From positions 33,436,392-33,472,404 of the forward strand of contig NC_068987.1 in assembly GCF_001194135.2 (NCBI RefSeq): DNA of 36,013 nucleotides, given 5' to 3'. Position 1 is the stretch's first letter. Each line of letters begins with the position of its first letter. The notes beneath the pieces are model-generated. The model was not told where the DNA came from, made no database searches, and was given only the letters and a program-made list of their open reading frames with translations. A program made the translations under genes and the position numbers. This DNA comes from Octopus bimaculoides. Taxonomy: Eukaryota. Shown here one piece after another: positions 24,112 to 36,013 of this stretch.

Positions 24112-24679
24112 CTATGTCAAATGTTAGAGAAAGAAACCAAGCTGTTTCTTGCAATACACAACAATACATATATTTAAAACAAAAAAAAAATCAAGGCACC
24201 TTAATATACTGCTGTAGATCTCCAATTTACAGTTTTGTTGTGTGGATTCTCAAGATTGTTATAGAAGCCTTCAGGGGCCATATGAATACTGGTCGAAAAA
24301 GCTAGCTTAGAGCTTCCTAATATTCTATCCCTTATAACAGCTGATATTAGATTGCTACTTTTCTCAAACAGTCAGGCAAAAATATTTCTAAAAATCTGCA
24401 CACATCGGTCAAGAAGAGCATAAGAGAGGCACATCAAGGATAGGATCGATAGTTATTTGATTCTGCGTCAAAACCCTACTCCCCCACTCAAGACTTTTAA
24501 ATGGCTTCCTCGCTCATTTGTAAGAGAATGCACTCAACTTACACTCTGAAAACTTTGTATTTCGTCTCGAAGAGATGGTTATGCGCCATTTTCTTCGTCA
24601 AAGCGTGGGATATAATTCCTCTCCTAACAACATATTTTGCTTTTATAATTAAAGGGAATTGAATGTAAAGTTTCTTAAG

Positions 24680-24957
24680 ATGATGATTATGATGGTGTTG
24701 TTGTTGTTGGTGGTGGTGATGGTAAATGATTTTTTTTATTATTATTCTCCTCGTTATTACTAGCACTGCAGTTATCACTACCACTCCCACCACCACCGTC
24801 ATCCACAACCACTACTACCACCACCACCACCATTGCCGCCACTACTACTACTACTACTACTAATACTACTACTATCAACATCACCACCACCACTACTATT
24901 ATTACCTCTACAACTATCACTATCACCCATGACGATCATCCACTACCACACGAATAT

Positions 24958-25013
<56 letters not shown>

Positions 25014-25043
25014 TTACTACTACTACTACTACTNNNNNNNNNN

Positions 25044-25087
<44 letters not shown>

Positions 25088-25300
25088 TTACTACTACTAT
25101 TACTACTACTGCTACTACTACTACTACAGCCACCATCACTCCAACGCTAATATAACCGGCACCACGTACACCATCACCACCAGCATTACCACCACCATTA
25201 CCACCACCATCACCACCACCAACAACAACAACAACACCATTACCACCACCACCACCACCAGCACCGCCACTGCTGCTGCTGCTGCTGCTGCTGCTGTAAT
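24680..25300. repeat. Trinucleotide low-complexity block: (GAT)/(TTG)/(TGG), (CTA)n, (CAC)n, (CAA)n, (TGC)n
   Basis: Read directly; explains the poly-V, poly-T, poly-L and poly-A ORFs. Confidence 0.95.
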
Positions 25301-25895
25301 AATATCAGTGATAAAACAATAATAAAAGTAAATGAAAAAGAAAAGGAACAAAGACATGACTTCTTTCAAAAGTATGTCAGTAGTCAAGAGGAATCTTTTA
25401 TTGCCCCTATATATTTAGAATGCTTGTAGAAAATGTCTATAAAGATTGAATAATATGTCAATAAAAATGCCGAAATTCTGTAGCCTCCTCGCCAATTTAC
25501 GCTAACCGGAAATTGAAAAGAAATTTGGTGAGTAAAAAAGAAATATTTTTAATAAAATTATTATATAGAACAAATTAATAGAAAAATTGATAGAGTTTTG
25601 TACGAGTCATTTATTAACGACTTACTTTGGGTCGATAAATCTCAATACGGTATTATCCCTATCTCTTTCTTTGTGTATATGTTTGTGTGTCTCTATATAT
25701 GTCTAAATATTCCGGCACATGTGCATATATATATGTGTATATANNNNNNNNNNNNNNNNNNNNNNNNNNNNNNNNNNNNNNNNNNNNNNNNNNNNNNNNN
25801 NNNNNNNNNNNNNNNNNNNNNNNNNNNNNNNNNNNNNNNNNNNNNNNNNNNNNNNNNNNNNNNNNNNNNNNNNNNNNNNNNNNNNNNNNNNNNNN

Positions 25896-25964
<69 letters not shown>

Positions 25965-25965
25965 A
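25896..25965. repeat. (TA)n(TG)n microsatellite at a gap edge
   Basis: Read directly from the sequence. Confidence 0.95.
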
Positions 25966-26749
25966 TACATATGAATGTATGTATGTTTCATTCTGTCTTT
26001 ATCGGTACAAGTTAGTATAATAATGTATGTGATTCTATCAATATATTTATCATTGTATTGCCATCTCCGTATGTATGCTTTTTGTATGTATGTTTGCGTG
26101 TGTATGTGTGTGTCTACGCACGTGTCTATGAGCATGTCATGTATGTATTGATGTATTTGTTATGTACGATTATGTGAAGAAATGAGAGACAGAGTTGTAG
26201 TCGATATATTTAATAAGAGCTCCACATCGCATAGAACTGTGTAGACGTAGGGTACGTCCACGGAATCAAATATTCAGAATAGAGGGAATTGAAAAAAGAC
26301 ATATCACAATGTGTTTTAGAAGAGACTATTAAAACTTCCAGCGGTTAGTTCAGGTCGTGCACTTGTTCTTTGGTATTAGAGTGACATCAGTTCTTTTAGC
26401 CTTATGACCAAATGGCGGAGAAGAAAAATTCCTGGCGTCACTTAGGCTCGGCTTGCTACAGGATTTGATATTTCAACATGAGATTTTTTACATTTGACAC
26501 TACATATGATAGAGCAGACCCGATGTTGGTATCAGTTGTTTTTCTGTAGAATGTGATACTTCATGTCAGATGCAACATCTCTACCGTGGAGAGGTAAATG
26601 GCTTAATGGTGCCATCTTACATGTGAGCTGCCGCAAATTGCATCAGAATTACTGTTCTAATTTCTACACGCACCCTGACTTAAATGCCTACCATTGTGCT
26701 TATGCTGTAGTGTGGTATATCCGTCTTACCAGAAGCCAATGGTTTGATG

Positions 26750-27600
26750 TATTATAACAAACCGTATTTGATGGTAACGATCAGACAGAAACTTTTTCTT
26801 ATTGATTGATGGAGTCGGCAGATTGATTATATTTTGTTTATCACGGAAGTAGAATCGGTTATTACCTGAAAAGAAGGCACCCCTCAAGGATATAATGTGA
26901 TGTTTGAGAAGTCGTTTCCAGGGTATCAAAGAGTTCAGATAATGCGAGAGAAGAAGGCAGTATATCACAATGTATATGTTGTGTACATTCATATTTGAAG
27001 GCATTGGTGGCCATGTCCATATAGTATACAGTGATTGTGTAAAGGTCTCTCTATTGATCAGTGATTTTGATATGCAAAGTTCCCATTGGGCAGTTGTAGT
27101 ATTCAGGAAATTAGAAATTGAAGTGTGGAGTGAAAATCGTGTAGCCGCATGTTTCTATCTATTGTAGTGAGTAATGTTAGAACTGATAGTATCTATTCAT
27201 ACATAGCTCACCTTCATAACATGGAAATTAAGTGCTTACTTTTTCTAAGTGTTCATGGGACATGCTTTTTCGTAGCATCAGAGAGCTCTTAACTATATCA
27301 GTGGAAACGTTTACATCGAATAGGGAATTATACCAAATGATATTTTTCTTTCCATTTTCGGCTTTCAGGATGAAGATCTCCCATAAATACTTAGTTATCA
27401 GTAAAGCCACTTAATAATGGGGTACGGCCCTGTTGAAAATGCGACAATACATAGATACATTTCTACTCTTGTCTGCGAGTTAGTTTTTAAATACAACTGA
27501 GTGTAATGGATTATCAATGAACGTAAATTGTTTCCACGTTAGATTTTATATAATGGTCTCCGTCAAGGAAGTCTAAATTTTGTTATAATTGTGTCGAATA
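26750..27600 (-). mobile_element. PLE fragment, same broad lineage as fragments 1 and 2: RT thumb and decayed endonuclease region
   Basis: NLDFLD (~27562-27573), VPHY*VAL, KNIIWYNSLFDVNVSTDIVKS (ORF 27228-27410) and NFHVMKVSY..NITHYN, followed by a heavily degraded possible GIY-YIG stretch. Confidence 0.6.
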
Positions 27601-27739
27601 CATCGAAAAGGCCTATACGATTTCTCTTTAAACTATCGAAGGTGTGGCCGTTCCTACATTTTAAGATGTAAAGATCCTCATTCCACTACAGGTCCTTAAT
27701 GTGTCGGTGCGTACATTTTCTTAGGATATGTAGGATAAA

Positions 27740-28318
27740 TAATCCGATGAGCTCAGGCGATTCAATCACGTCGTAGAGGTGTCATTGCAGAGACTGATGT
27801 CTCGGAGATCTTCCTCGAACCGGTCAGTCAAGCGGCGTCCCATTTGAGCTATGTACAGAGAATGGCAGAAAGAGCCGTGGATACGGTAAATGATGTTGCT
27901 AGAAGTGCAGATAAAGGAGTCGTTGATATGAAAGGGACAATGATGGGTGCCTGTGATGATGGTGGTATTGGAGAGGTAGGGGCAAGTGCGGCAGCATTAG
28001 CGGGAGCAGGGGAAGGGCCAAGATAGGAGGTGGAGTTAGGGAAGAAACTGTGGACCAGGAGGTCACGCAGTTTTAGGGCTCGTTTGAAGGAAGGAAGGGA
28101 TAGGTTGGGGAAGATGTGCGATGTGGAGGGGTTGGACTGGTGCCGCCCGAAGGCTCGAAGAATGGTGGGCTGCTAGGTGAGGAGAAATGAGAGACATGCA
28201 TCGGCGGGGCGGTTACCAGGAGAGAGAGAGAGAAGACACACGGTTCACGGAAGTAGTCTGGCAAGGGATGTGCGAATAATGGGGAGGGGATATCAACGAA
28301 GGAAGAAGTGGTGAGCCA
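27740..28318 (-). mobile_element. PLE fragment of a different (Neptune-like) lineage: thumb end, Cys-rich linker and GIY-YIG endonuclease
   Basis: FFLR*YPLPIIRTSL...LLT*QP...HIFPNLSLPSFKRALKLRDLLVHS...(fs)FPCSR*CCRTCPY...FHINDSFICTSSNIIYRIHGSFCHSLYIAQMGRRLTDRFEEDLRDI. The GIY-YIG halves lie at ~27886-27897 and ~27844-27855. Confidence 0.8.
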
Positions 28319-28444
28319 AGAGATTACATATGTAAATATGTGTATATATGTATATATATACGTATATACTTGCATACATACACACGCACGCACGCACACA
28401 TATGTGTGTGTAGGTATGCTGTATGTATATATCAAAGCGTGCAT

Positions 28445-28610
28445 TGTCCTGAGTGTGACATCAGAAGGCGTCCAATGGTGAGGCTCCAGTTCAGGAGTTC
28501 TGGAGATGCGGGGAGGACGTGGAGTCACACCTTAATTGCGATTACTCCCGCGTCCGTTCTGAGCAGTAATGGTAGCACCTGTCAGTGCACCGTTGATGGG
28601 TTAAATGCAT
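28445..28610 (+). mobile_element. Probable SINE fragment (further family)
   Basis: tgtcctgagtgtgacatcagaaggcgtccaatggtgaggctccagttcaggagttctgg...gattactccc...ggtagcacctgtcag resembles a common mollusc SINE core, judged from recall only. Confidence 0.4.
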
Positions 28611-29871
28611 TTCCTAGATGTTGGTGAAGCTTCGGTTATTTCTGACAAAGAAGAGGAAGGCAGCTCTTCTGCCACAAAGATACTCTCACATGAAACTTGG
28701 AATCAAAATAGCACCAGTAACCTTGTAATGCTTGTCTATGGAATCTATTACGGTTATCAACAATGTGGCAAACGTTTTGTACAAACTTATGCCGCATAAA
28801 TCCAGATATTTCATTATTTATTAATGTGTCACGGCTATCATCTGAAAACATGAATCAATCACCAAGTGTGTGTGTACAAATTTATATATGTGTATACATA
28901 AACATATTTATGCATTCGCGTGCGTGTGCATATGCGTGTTTATATATTTTGTGTATATGTATGTGCATATATTTGTTAATCATATAATATACACAATTAC
29001 AAAAGAGCTAATAATAGAGCTACGCTTTAAGATACCTTAAATTTACAAATCTGTATAGAATGCCACGTATCTGCAAGTATGTTTTCATACTGACTGCATA
29101 ACGTCAGACTTCAGAGGTATTTTAAAATCAGGACACTAGTCAATGAGAAAACATGAGAAAAAACGAGAAGAAATTAACGCATTGTTTGATGCAAAAAGTG
29201 GAACCAGAAGAAACAAAACGAAAGAAAGTCGGAATGTTCGTCCTCTTTAATGTAGCTGGTGCAGAATACTATAACAGAAAGGAGGTCAAAATCTGTGAGA
29301 TAGCTACTCAGTCCGGAGCGAGCAGTATCCTCCAGTTCGATGAAAGAAACCTGTGCATGTGCTTGCAGCTGCTACATATTTCATATCTAAAATTAAGTAG
29401 TGTGGTGAAATTCTTGGACCTATAAAAATGTACGATTTTTATGCTGCTCATAACTTGTATCAATCTGATTCACCCATGGTTGTGATAGAAATTTGGTCTC
29501 TAAATACCATTCATGTCTTGTCAACTTTGTGGCTTTATTTCTGTCAATGTGTCTGAAAGAAAGCTGTTGGTTTGCATAAGAGCATTTAAAGTTGGACTTT
29601 TCGCGTTTGTTTTTCTTCTAATTCGTTTTCTCTCGTGTTTCACATAGACCAGAGTCCTGGTTTTTAGATCTATCTAACGTTATAAACTAAACCAGAAAGA
29701 TCGCTTGGCGATACATACCATTTAATATTATTTTTCCAATTTAAAGTATTTTAAAGTATTTGAAAGCATGAAACTATTAGTAGTTCTTTTGTAATAGCGC
29801 ATATTAAATGATACTTATCTCTCACTGGACAGAGTACTTTTATTGAAGATTCTACGTATAACAGGACTGTA

Positions 29872-29874
<3 letters not shown>

Positions 29875-29941
<67 letters not shown>
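29875..29941. repeat. Pure (TA)n tract
   Basis: Read directly from the sequence. Confidence 0.95.
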
Positions 29942-29946
<5 letters not shown>

Positions 29947-30243
29947 ACTATCATATCATCTCATAAGTAATGTCCGCCTTACTATATTTTCAATTTGTAA
30001 ATGCTTTAACAGTATTTTAAAATGTCTAAAGACATCAGGTAATATTTATAAGTATTTTGCGTACACATTTTTTGCATATTTGTATGCGTATCTACATGTG
30101 TGTATATATGTATGTATGTTTGTATTTGAATAGATATACACGTAATTTTATGTGTTCGTTGCGCAAGCTAAACGAATTAAGTAGATAAATTTCATTTTGC
30201 AAGATAATCTAATTGCAATTTCACTAATTACAGTTCTTCAAAC

Positions 30244-31066
30244 ATGAACGTGTGTAAGGAGCATTTGATGCACATAATGCTTTACGACTTTTCAAAAATG
30301 GGAATTCTGCAGCTGAAACTACTCGGAATATTATGGAGAAAAGTGCCTGAATGAAAGAACTTGCAGAAGATTGTTTGTAAAATTCAGAAGTGGAGATTTC
30401 AGTCTTGGAGATTAGGCCCAAACAGGACGTCTAATTGAATTTCATGACAAGCGCCTTTTGGCAGAACTTGCAAAGAATCACGTAGTTTTAGTTGAGGAAT
30501 TCGCAAGCAAGCTTCGTTCAAGCCATACAGCTGTTCACCACCATCTTCAACAAACTTGGAAAATGTGTGCCTCGTAATTTGTCTGAATCCAACGTCAAAT
30601 CTTCGTTCTCATAAACTCATCTCGCTCATTTTGGATAGACTTGTGACAAGTGATGGCAAATGAAGCTTTCATCAAAATGTTAAGCGTCGTAGAAATTAGC
30701 TTGGTGAAGGGAAGAAACGCCCAAACGCTACCGAAATGGGAACCCCTTGCGAGGAACGTCCCTCTCTTCGTTTGATGCAATTGCAAAGGTGTCATACACT
30801 TTGAGTTGCTACCAACTAATGCAAACACCAATGCTCAAATCTGTAATGAAAAATTAGAACATATAGATACTGCTTTGAAGAAAAAATGGCCTCCTTTAGT
30901 GAATCGAAAGAAAGTGCTGTTTCATTAGGACAATGCAAGACTCCACACTGCAAGGATCACTTTACAGAAGATCGAGGTTTTTGGATAGGAGAAAATTTCT
31001 CATCCGCCTTATTCTCCAAACATTGGTCCTTCAGATTACAATTTGTTCTGTTGTTTACAGAATCAA
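30244..31066 (+). mobile_element. Decayed mariner transposase, nearly full length with the 3' end lost
   Basis: Across frameshifts: MNVCKEHLMHIMLYDF-KNGNSAAETTRNI...KFRSGDFSL...LDRLVTSDGK*...GVIHFELL...LVNRKKVLFH*DNARLHTA...HPPYSPNIGPSDYNLF..LQN. This gives HTH plus a D,D(34)D-type catalytic series. Confidence 0.85.
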
Positions 31067-31079
31067 AAGAGATATCACA

Positions 31080-31895
31080 AAAATCGAAAGAATTCTGTTC
31101 AAGAAAAATGGGTTAACCAGCAAATAAATCTTTGAAGAAGCAGGGATCTCTAAACTACAAAAGAAAAAAAAATGTTTCACAATACTAAAAGAAATAGGCA
31201 AAGTCATAAATTTCGGAATATTCCTTCCTTTAAATAAAGAACACAAACAAAAATGTGTGAGGTGGGCAAATAGATATATGAACACAGACTTTACAAATGT
31301 AATTTTTACTGACGAGCGCAGGACATCAATAAATGACATGATGGACTGGGTGTTATATAGAAAAAAAAGCCAACCAACATGATTAAGAAGACAGCAGGGT
31401 GGTGGACGAATCGTGTGTTGGGCTGGTACAGTTGGAGGACATAGTATAAGTCCATTTAAGATTCCTGATGGAGTCAAAAGAAATGCCGAAAATTATTGCA
31501 AGTTTAAGGATGACAACTGCTTCCATTGGTACAAGTCAACATCGCAAAGTTTCGAGTTATATAGCAGATTTATTCATGATAATATCTCTTCACACTCTGC
31601 CAAACTCACTATTAACTATTTAACTAAGAAAGGTTTCAAAGGACATAAGATAATGGAATGCACCCCGCCCACCAACAATCTCCAGATCTAAACCCAATAC
31701 AGAATTTGTGGTCAATTATTCAAAAATATGTATATTGTAATGGTTAAACAATATCCAAACAAGGATTTACAATGCAAAGCAATGAAAAATGCTGCAAGTA
31801 ATATTAAGAGCGGGATTGTTGAGAAATTGACAAAATTATTTGATGAGAGAATATTTAAAGTTAGAGATGGTAAAAGAGGCTATATAAAGATGTAA
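31080..31895 (+). mobile_element. Decayed Tc1-like transposase
   Basis: LNKEHKQKCVRWA..YMNTDFTNVIFTDE (~31305-31316), RRQQGGGRIVCWAG, FIHDNISSHSAK (~31575) and SPDLNPIQNLW (~31680), ending GYIKM* (31893-31895). Confidence 0.85.
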
Positions 31896-32138
31896 AATAT
31901 GTACATAATTGTTTGTAAATATAATTATATGGTGGAAGATATACGTATATATTAAAGATATCGTTATGTATTGTTCTATATGTAAATCACATTACATGTA
32001 GTTTATATAATATTTGTTAACTTGCATAATAGAAAGAAAATCCTCTAAATGTATTTTTCTTTATTTCCGCTTTAAAAGTAAACAGATTTAGTGGAAAAGT
32101 ACACGATAAATACATACATACATACATACATGCATGCG

Positions 32139-32174
<36 letters not shown>

Positions 32175-33478
32175 TATACATATATGCGAGTAAAAATAAA
32201 TACAAAAAAAGGTGGATTTTTTTGTATGATTGTGTATAGAGGAATATATTATTTTGCTTAAAAGAGTTCCAACACTGTCTGTTTTTTATGTTTTATTTAT
32301 ATTCCTGCAGAACTAATGTGGGGTATAGAATATGGAATATACAATATATAATATGATATACAATATACAATATAAAATAAAATAAAATAAAAATGGATGG
32401 CACCATGAAAGAGATGAAATATTGAGTGTTCAATATAAAGGATCAAANNNNNNNNNNNNNNNNNNNNNNNNNNNNNNNNNNNNNNNNNNNNNNNNNNNNN
32501 NNNNNNNNNNNNNNNNNNNNNNNNNNNNNNNNNNNNNNNNNNNNNNNNNNNNNNNNNNNNNNNNNNNNNNNNNNNNNNNNNNNNNNNNNNNNNNNNNNNN
32601 NNNNNNNNNNNNNNNNNNNNNNNNNNNNNNNNNNNNNNNNNNNNNNNNNNNNNNNNNNNNNNNNNNNNNNNNNNNNNNNNNNNNNNNNNNNNNNNNNNNN
32701 NNNNNNNNNNNNNNNNNNNNNNNNNNNNNNNNNNNNNNNNNNNNNNNNNNNNNNNNNNNNNNNNNNNNNNNNNNNNNNNNNNNNNNNNNNNNNNNNNNNN
32801 NNNNNNNNNNNNNNNNNNNNNNNNNNNNNNNNNNNNNNNNNNNNNNNNNNNNNNNNNNNNNNNNNNNNNNNNNNNNNNNNNNNNNNNNNNNNNNNNNNNN
32901 NNNNNNNNNNNNNNNNNNNNNNNNNNNNNNNNNNNNNNNNNNNNNNNNNNNNNNNNNNNNNNNNNNNNNNNNNNNNNNNNNNNNNNNNNNNNNNNNNNNN
33001 NNNNNNNNNNNNNNNNNNNNNNNNNNNNNNNNNNNNNNNNNNNNNNNNNNNNNNNNNNNNNNNNNNNNNNNNNNNNNNNNNNNNNNNNNNNNNNNNNNNN
33101 NNNNNNNNNNNNNNNNNNNNNNNNNNNNNNNNNNNNNNNNNNNNNNNNNNNNNNNNNNNNNNNNNNNNNNNNNNNNNNNNNNNNNNNNNNNNNNNNNNNN
33201 NNNNNNNNNNNNNNNNNNNNNNNNNNNNNNNNNNNNNNNNNNNNNNNNNNNNNNNNNNNNNNNNNNNNNNNNNNNNNNNNNNNNNNNNNNNNNNNNNNNN
33301 NNNNNNNNNNNNNNNNNNNNNNNNNNNNNNNNNNNNNNNNNNNNNNNNNNNNNNNNNNNNNNNNNNNNNNNNNNNNNNNNNNNNNNNNNNNNNNNNNNNN
33401 CGATTCCGGGCATTTTCGACCATAACGAATCCATTGGTGCCACTTCCAGATTGCTATCTATAGTTATAGATGTATATG

Positions 33479-33509
<31 letters not shown>

Positions 33510-34169
33510 CAGTCTAACCAGTATCTTTAAAACAAGTTATCTCGTCGACAGTTTTACGACTTAAATAAGCCTTTTAATTATCTCCTGTTCTATGTCCTCT
33601 CTTTCTCCAGATCTTAGACTCACCTACTTTCTGTCTTTTTTTAGTCTGGAGTCGTATGCTCAATCATACGTAAAATGTGTTTGAACATTATTGCACAATT
33701 TGTACATACTTATGAATAGTAGTTTATAAATATGTTCATCGCGAGTGTTTGAAAATTTGCACACACATGCACCCACACATTCACACTGGAAACACGCACA
33801 CATACNNNNNNNNNNTATATATATATATATATTTGTATACACAGATGGAAAACAAAAGAGAAAAGAACACGCAATACAGCGAGAAACATATAAAACCTGC
33901 TAACAAATATGGATGCATAAACGCCCTCGGGCAAGCTGTATGGCAGGAGTACACTCGCTCATGCAAGCATGCGCGAAAATGTGAGCATACACACATTTGA
34001 GGTTTGATGCACTCATGATCACAAATCGAGTTAACTATCTACTTGGTGTTTGTAAGAATGGGAAGGTTAAAAGTAAACTTAAGCCATCCATACCTTAAAG
34101 AAAATTAAATTATGTTAACGGTAACTAAAAATTCATTCTAACTTGATTGTGCGAAAGTACATTAAAATG

Positions 34170-35622
34170 CGTGTAGGGATCTCGAAATGCCTACACGCGT
34201 GTAGGCATCTTACAGAGATTCTATTGACTATTTATGATCTTCTCATTAGTCCACAGAATAGACAAGGATTCCTCGGAGCAGAGATGACATCTGGAAACTA
34301 TATTGTATGGCTTCGGGTGAGTTATTTTGGACGAAGTAAATAATGTGCAGAACAAGTAATTTATCGTCTTTCGGTCGCCAAACAAAATCTGCCAAAAAAT
34401 GTTGAATGTCTCTTATTGATTGCCTTAAAGCTGGTGACATTATTACGATAACGATTCTTAAATGAATCAGCCATCTGCCCAATGTAAACATACAGCCCTC
34501 TAATTTTATGCGCGGTACATTTGTATACAATATTTGTACCCATACAGAGATTCATCAAAGGACATTTTGATTTTTGTCTGCATGAGGATTTATCGTATTT
34601 ATTTGTATATAAGGCAGTCCCGACTCTATTTACCGACGTTGTTACCGTGTTAGCTGTATCATAAATATTTCTACTACTACAATTTGGTCGTAATTGGAGT
34701 TTTTCATTTCAGTTTACTTCTCGTTGGTTTTTATTTAGATGCATATGCTCGTTATATCATGTGGGTGGGTTATTGAACCTTTGCCAGATTTTGTTATTCT
34801 TTATACGAAGCATAAGCTGTTCTAAATTAGAACAATCCGCGTTGGATACCTTTACATTGTGCCGATTAAAAATAGCATGATGCGGATTAGATTTAGGAAG
34901 ACATTTGTCCAAAGCAGCAAAATATTTTCCAGCGATCTTGGTTGAAATATGCGAACCGCAAATCGAGTAGAACTAGAGGACATCCTGATTCTTATATCTG
35001 ATGTTAGGCTTATTTGATTTAATGTGTTGTACAGGGTTGGAAGTAGCAGTCGGGTTATTATGTGCTGTGTGTCTATGAGTTTGAGTTGGTAGTTTATTGA
35101 TATGGACAATTCTTCCCGACATGTATTCTCTATCTGAGGGAATTCTCAAAGCCTCTGATGGATTTGTTTTTACTAATAATTTCTATATCGGATTTCGAAG
35201 GACAAAACAATCTGAGGAGTTGATATGAAAGTTTTGGTTTATGGTCTTATGCACAATCCGGGGTTTTTGAAGGATGTAGGGTTCGGTTCACTTATCTATA
35301 GCTAGATCTCTGACGGTTTGCAGCCTTGTATTGTTAATTCTTTTAAATACGTCGTTACTAACGTTTCTATATTTGCTGCGTAATTCCTTCCTAATGATAG
35401 ACTTATATAGCTCAATATCAACAATGTAAATGTTGTTTTGTCCGCTGGTACAAGTATGCCAGGAGCTTTCTTGAAGTCGACAATTAATTTTCCAATTCTC
35501 TGCTGATGGATATTACACCTTCTAGGGTATTTCTTGAAATTCACGTTCTTAACCATACTATATAATTCATCTTGAATTACGGTTAGGTGTTGGTTAGTCG
35601 GTGGGTTTCTTCTAGATTTGAA
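34170..35622 (-). mobile_element. PLE fragment 2: RT N-terminus, large internal deletion, thumb end and GIY-YIG endonuclease
   Basis: FKSRRNPP...ILVPADKTT, KDHK, RLFCPSKSDIEIISK, then a jump to FENSLR...QDVL*FYS..ISTKIAGKYFAALDKCLPKSNPHHAIFNRHNVKVS, KCPLMNLCMGTNIVYKCT...VYIGQMADSFKNRYRNNVTSFK (ORF 34361-34558), and PYNIVSRCHLCSEE...RCLHACRH. Confidence 0.85.
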
Positions 35623-35826
35623 TACTTATCTTAGTAGATCGCCAGGTTCAGGTTTGTCGTTTGTCTTTCTACATGCAAATTAGTTCGTTTTCTCCAAATG
35701 ATCACGTATATAACCCTTGCTACAGGGTATAGTTATATCAACTAGGGAAATATACAGTGTTACTTCATCCATCATTTTGGTACGCTACCGTATAGAGCAT
35801 GCACACACACACACACATGTAAGTAC

Positions 35827-35971
35827 GGCAGGCGTGGCTGGGTGGTAAGAGGCTTGCTTCCCAATGTCATGAGTTCAGTCCTACTGCATGGCACCTTGTG
35901 TCCTCTACTATAGCCTCGAACCAACAAAATCCTAGCGAATGGATTTGATAGAAAGAAACAAGAAGCCCGTT
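35827..35971 (+). mobile_element. tRNA-derived SINE, family B head
   Basis: ggcaggcgtggctgggtggtaagaggcttgcttcccaa...gagttcagtcctactgcatggcaccttg...ctactatagcctcg...ggatttgatagaaagaaacaagaagcccgt, homologous to the reverse complement of ~14880-15030. Confidence 0.75.
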
Positions 35972-35982
35972 GTATATATGTA

Positions 35983-36013
<31 letters not shown>

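Noticed and set aside
24543-24623. 81-nt AG/GTAAGT-bounded minus-strand segment as an upstream exon of the candidate gene
   Set aside because: Its only open frame is phase 2-2, incompatible with the phase-1 microexon downstream.
29153-29425. 90-aa plus-strand ORF (and a possible minus-strand exon within it)
   Set aside because: No recognisable motif and weak splice donors; the length is within chance expectation.
34184-34215. GAAA + palindromic helix III + AUC read as a hammerhead on the plus strand
   Set aside because: No CUGANGA or helix II lies upstream; kept only as a palindrome finding.

Overview
AT-rich, gap-riddled, microsatellite-saturated animal genomic DNA. The SINE families and repeat landscape suggest an octopod cephalopod (inference, not verified). 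No complete host gene, rRNA, tRNA or CRISPR can be supported, and nearly all long ORFs in the track are artefacts of N-gaps or simple repeats. The window is mostly a nest of decayed transposons: four Penelope-like retroelement (PLE) fragments from at least two lineages (RT core at 1.4-3.2 kb; GIY-YIG regions at 26.7-28.3 kb and 34.2-35.6 kb), a scrambled Helitron, two mariner and one Tc1 transposase remnants, a 5'-truncated R4/Dong-type LINE inside an (AAT)n tract, and several tRNA-derived SINEs. The most notable structure is a 415-bp fold-back unit (18933-19347) with 85-bp inverted arms (83/85 identical). Its spacer holds a near-canonical minimal type I hammerhead ribozyme on the minus strand (19123-19165), making it a candidate non-autonomous PLE-derived or retrozyme-like RNA element. 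A phase-consistent three-exon minus-strand coding chain (23500-24111) is a weak candidate for an unidentified host gene fragment. All translations and alignments were done by eye.
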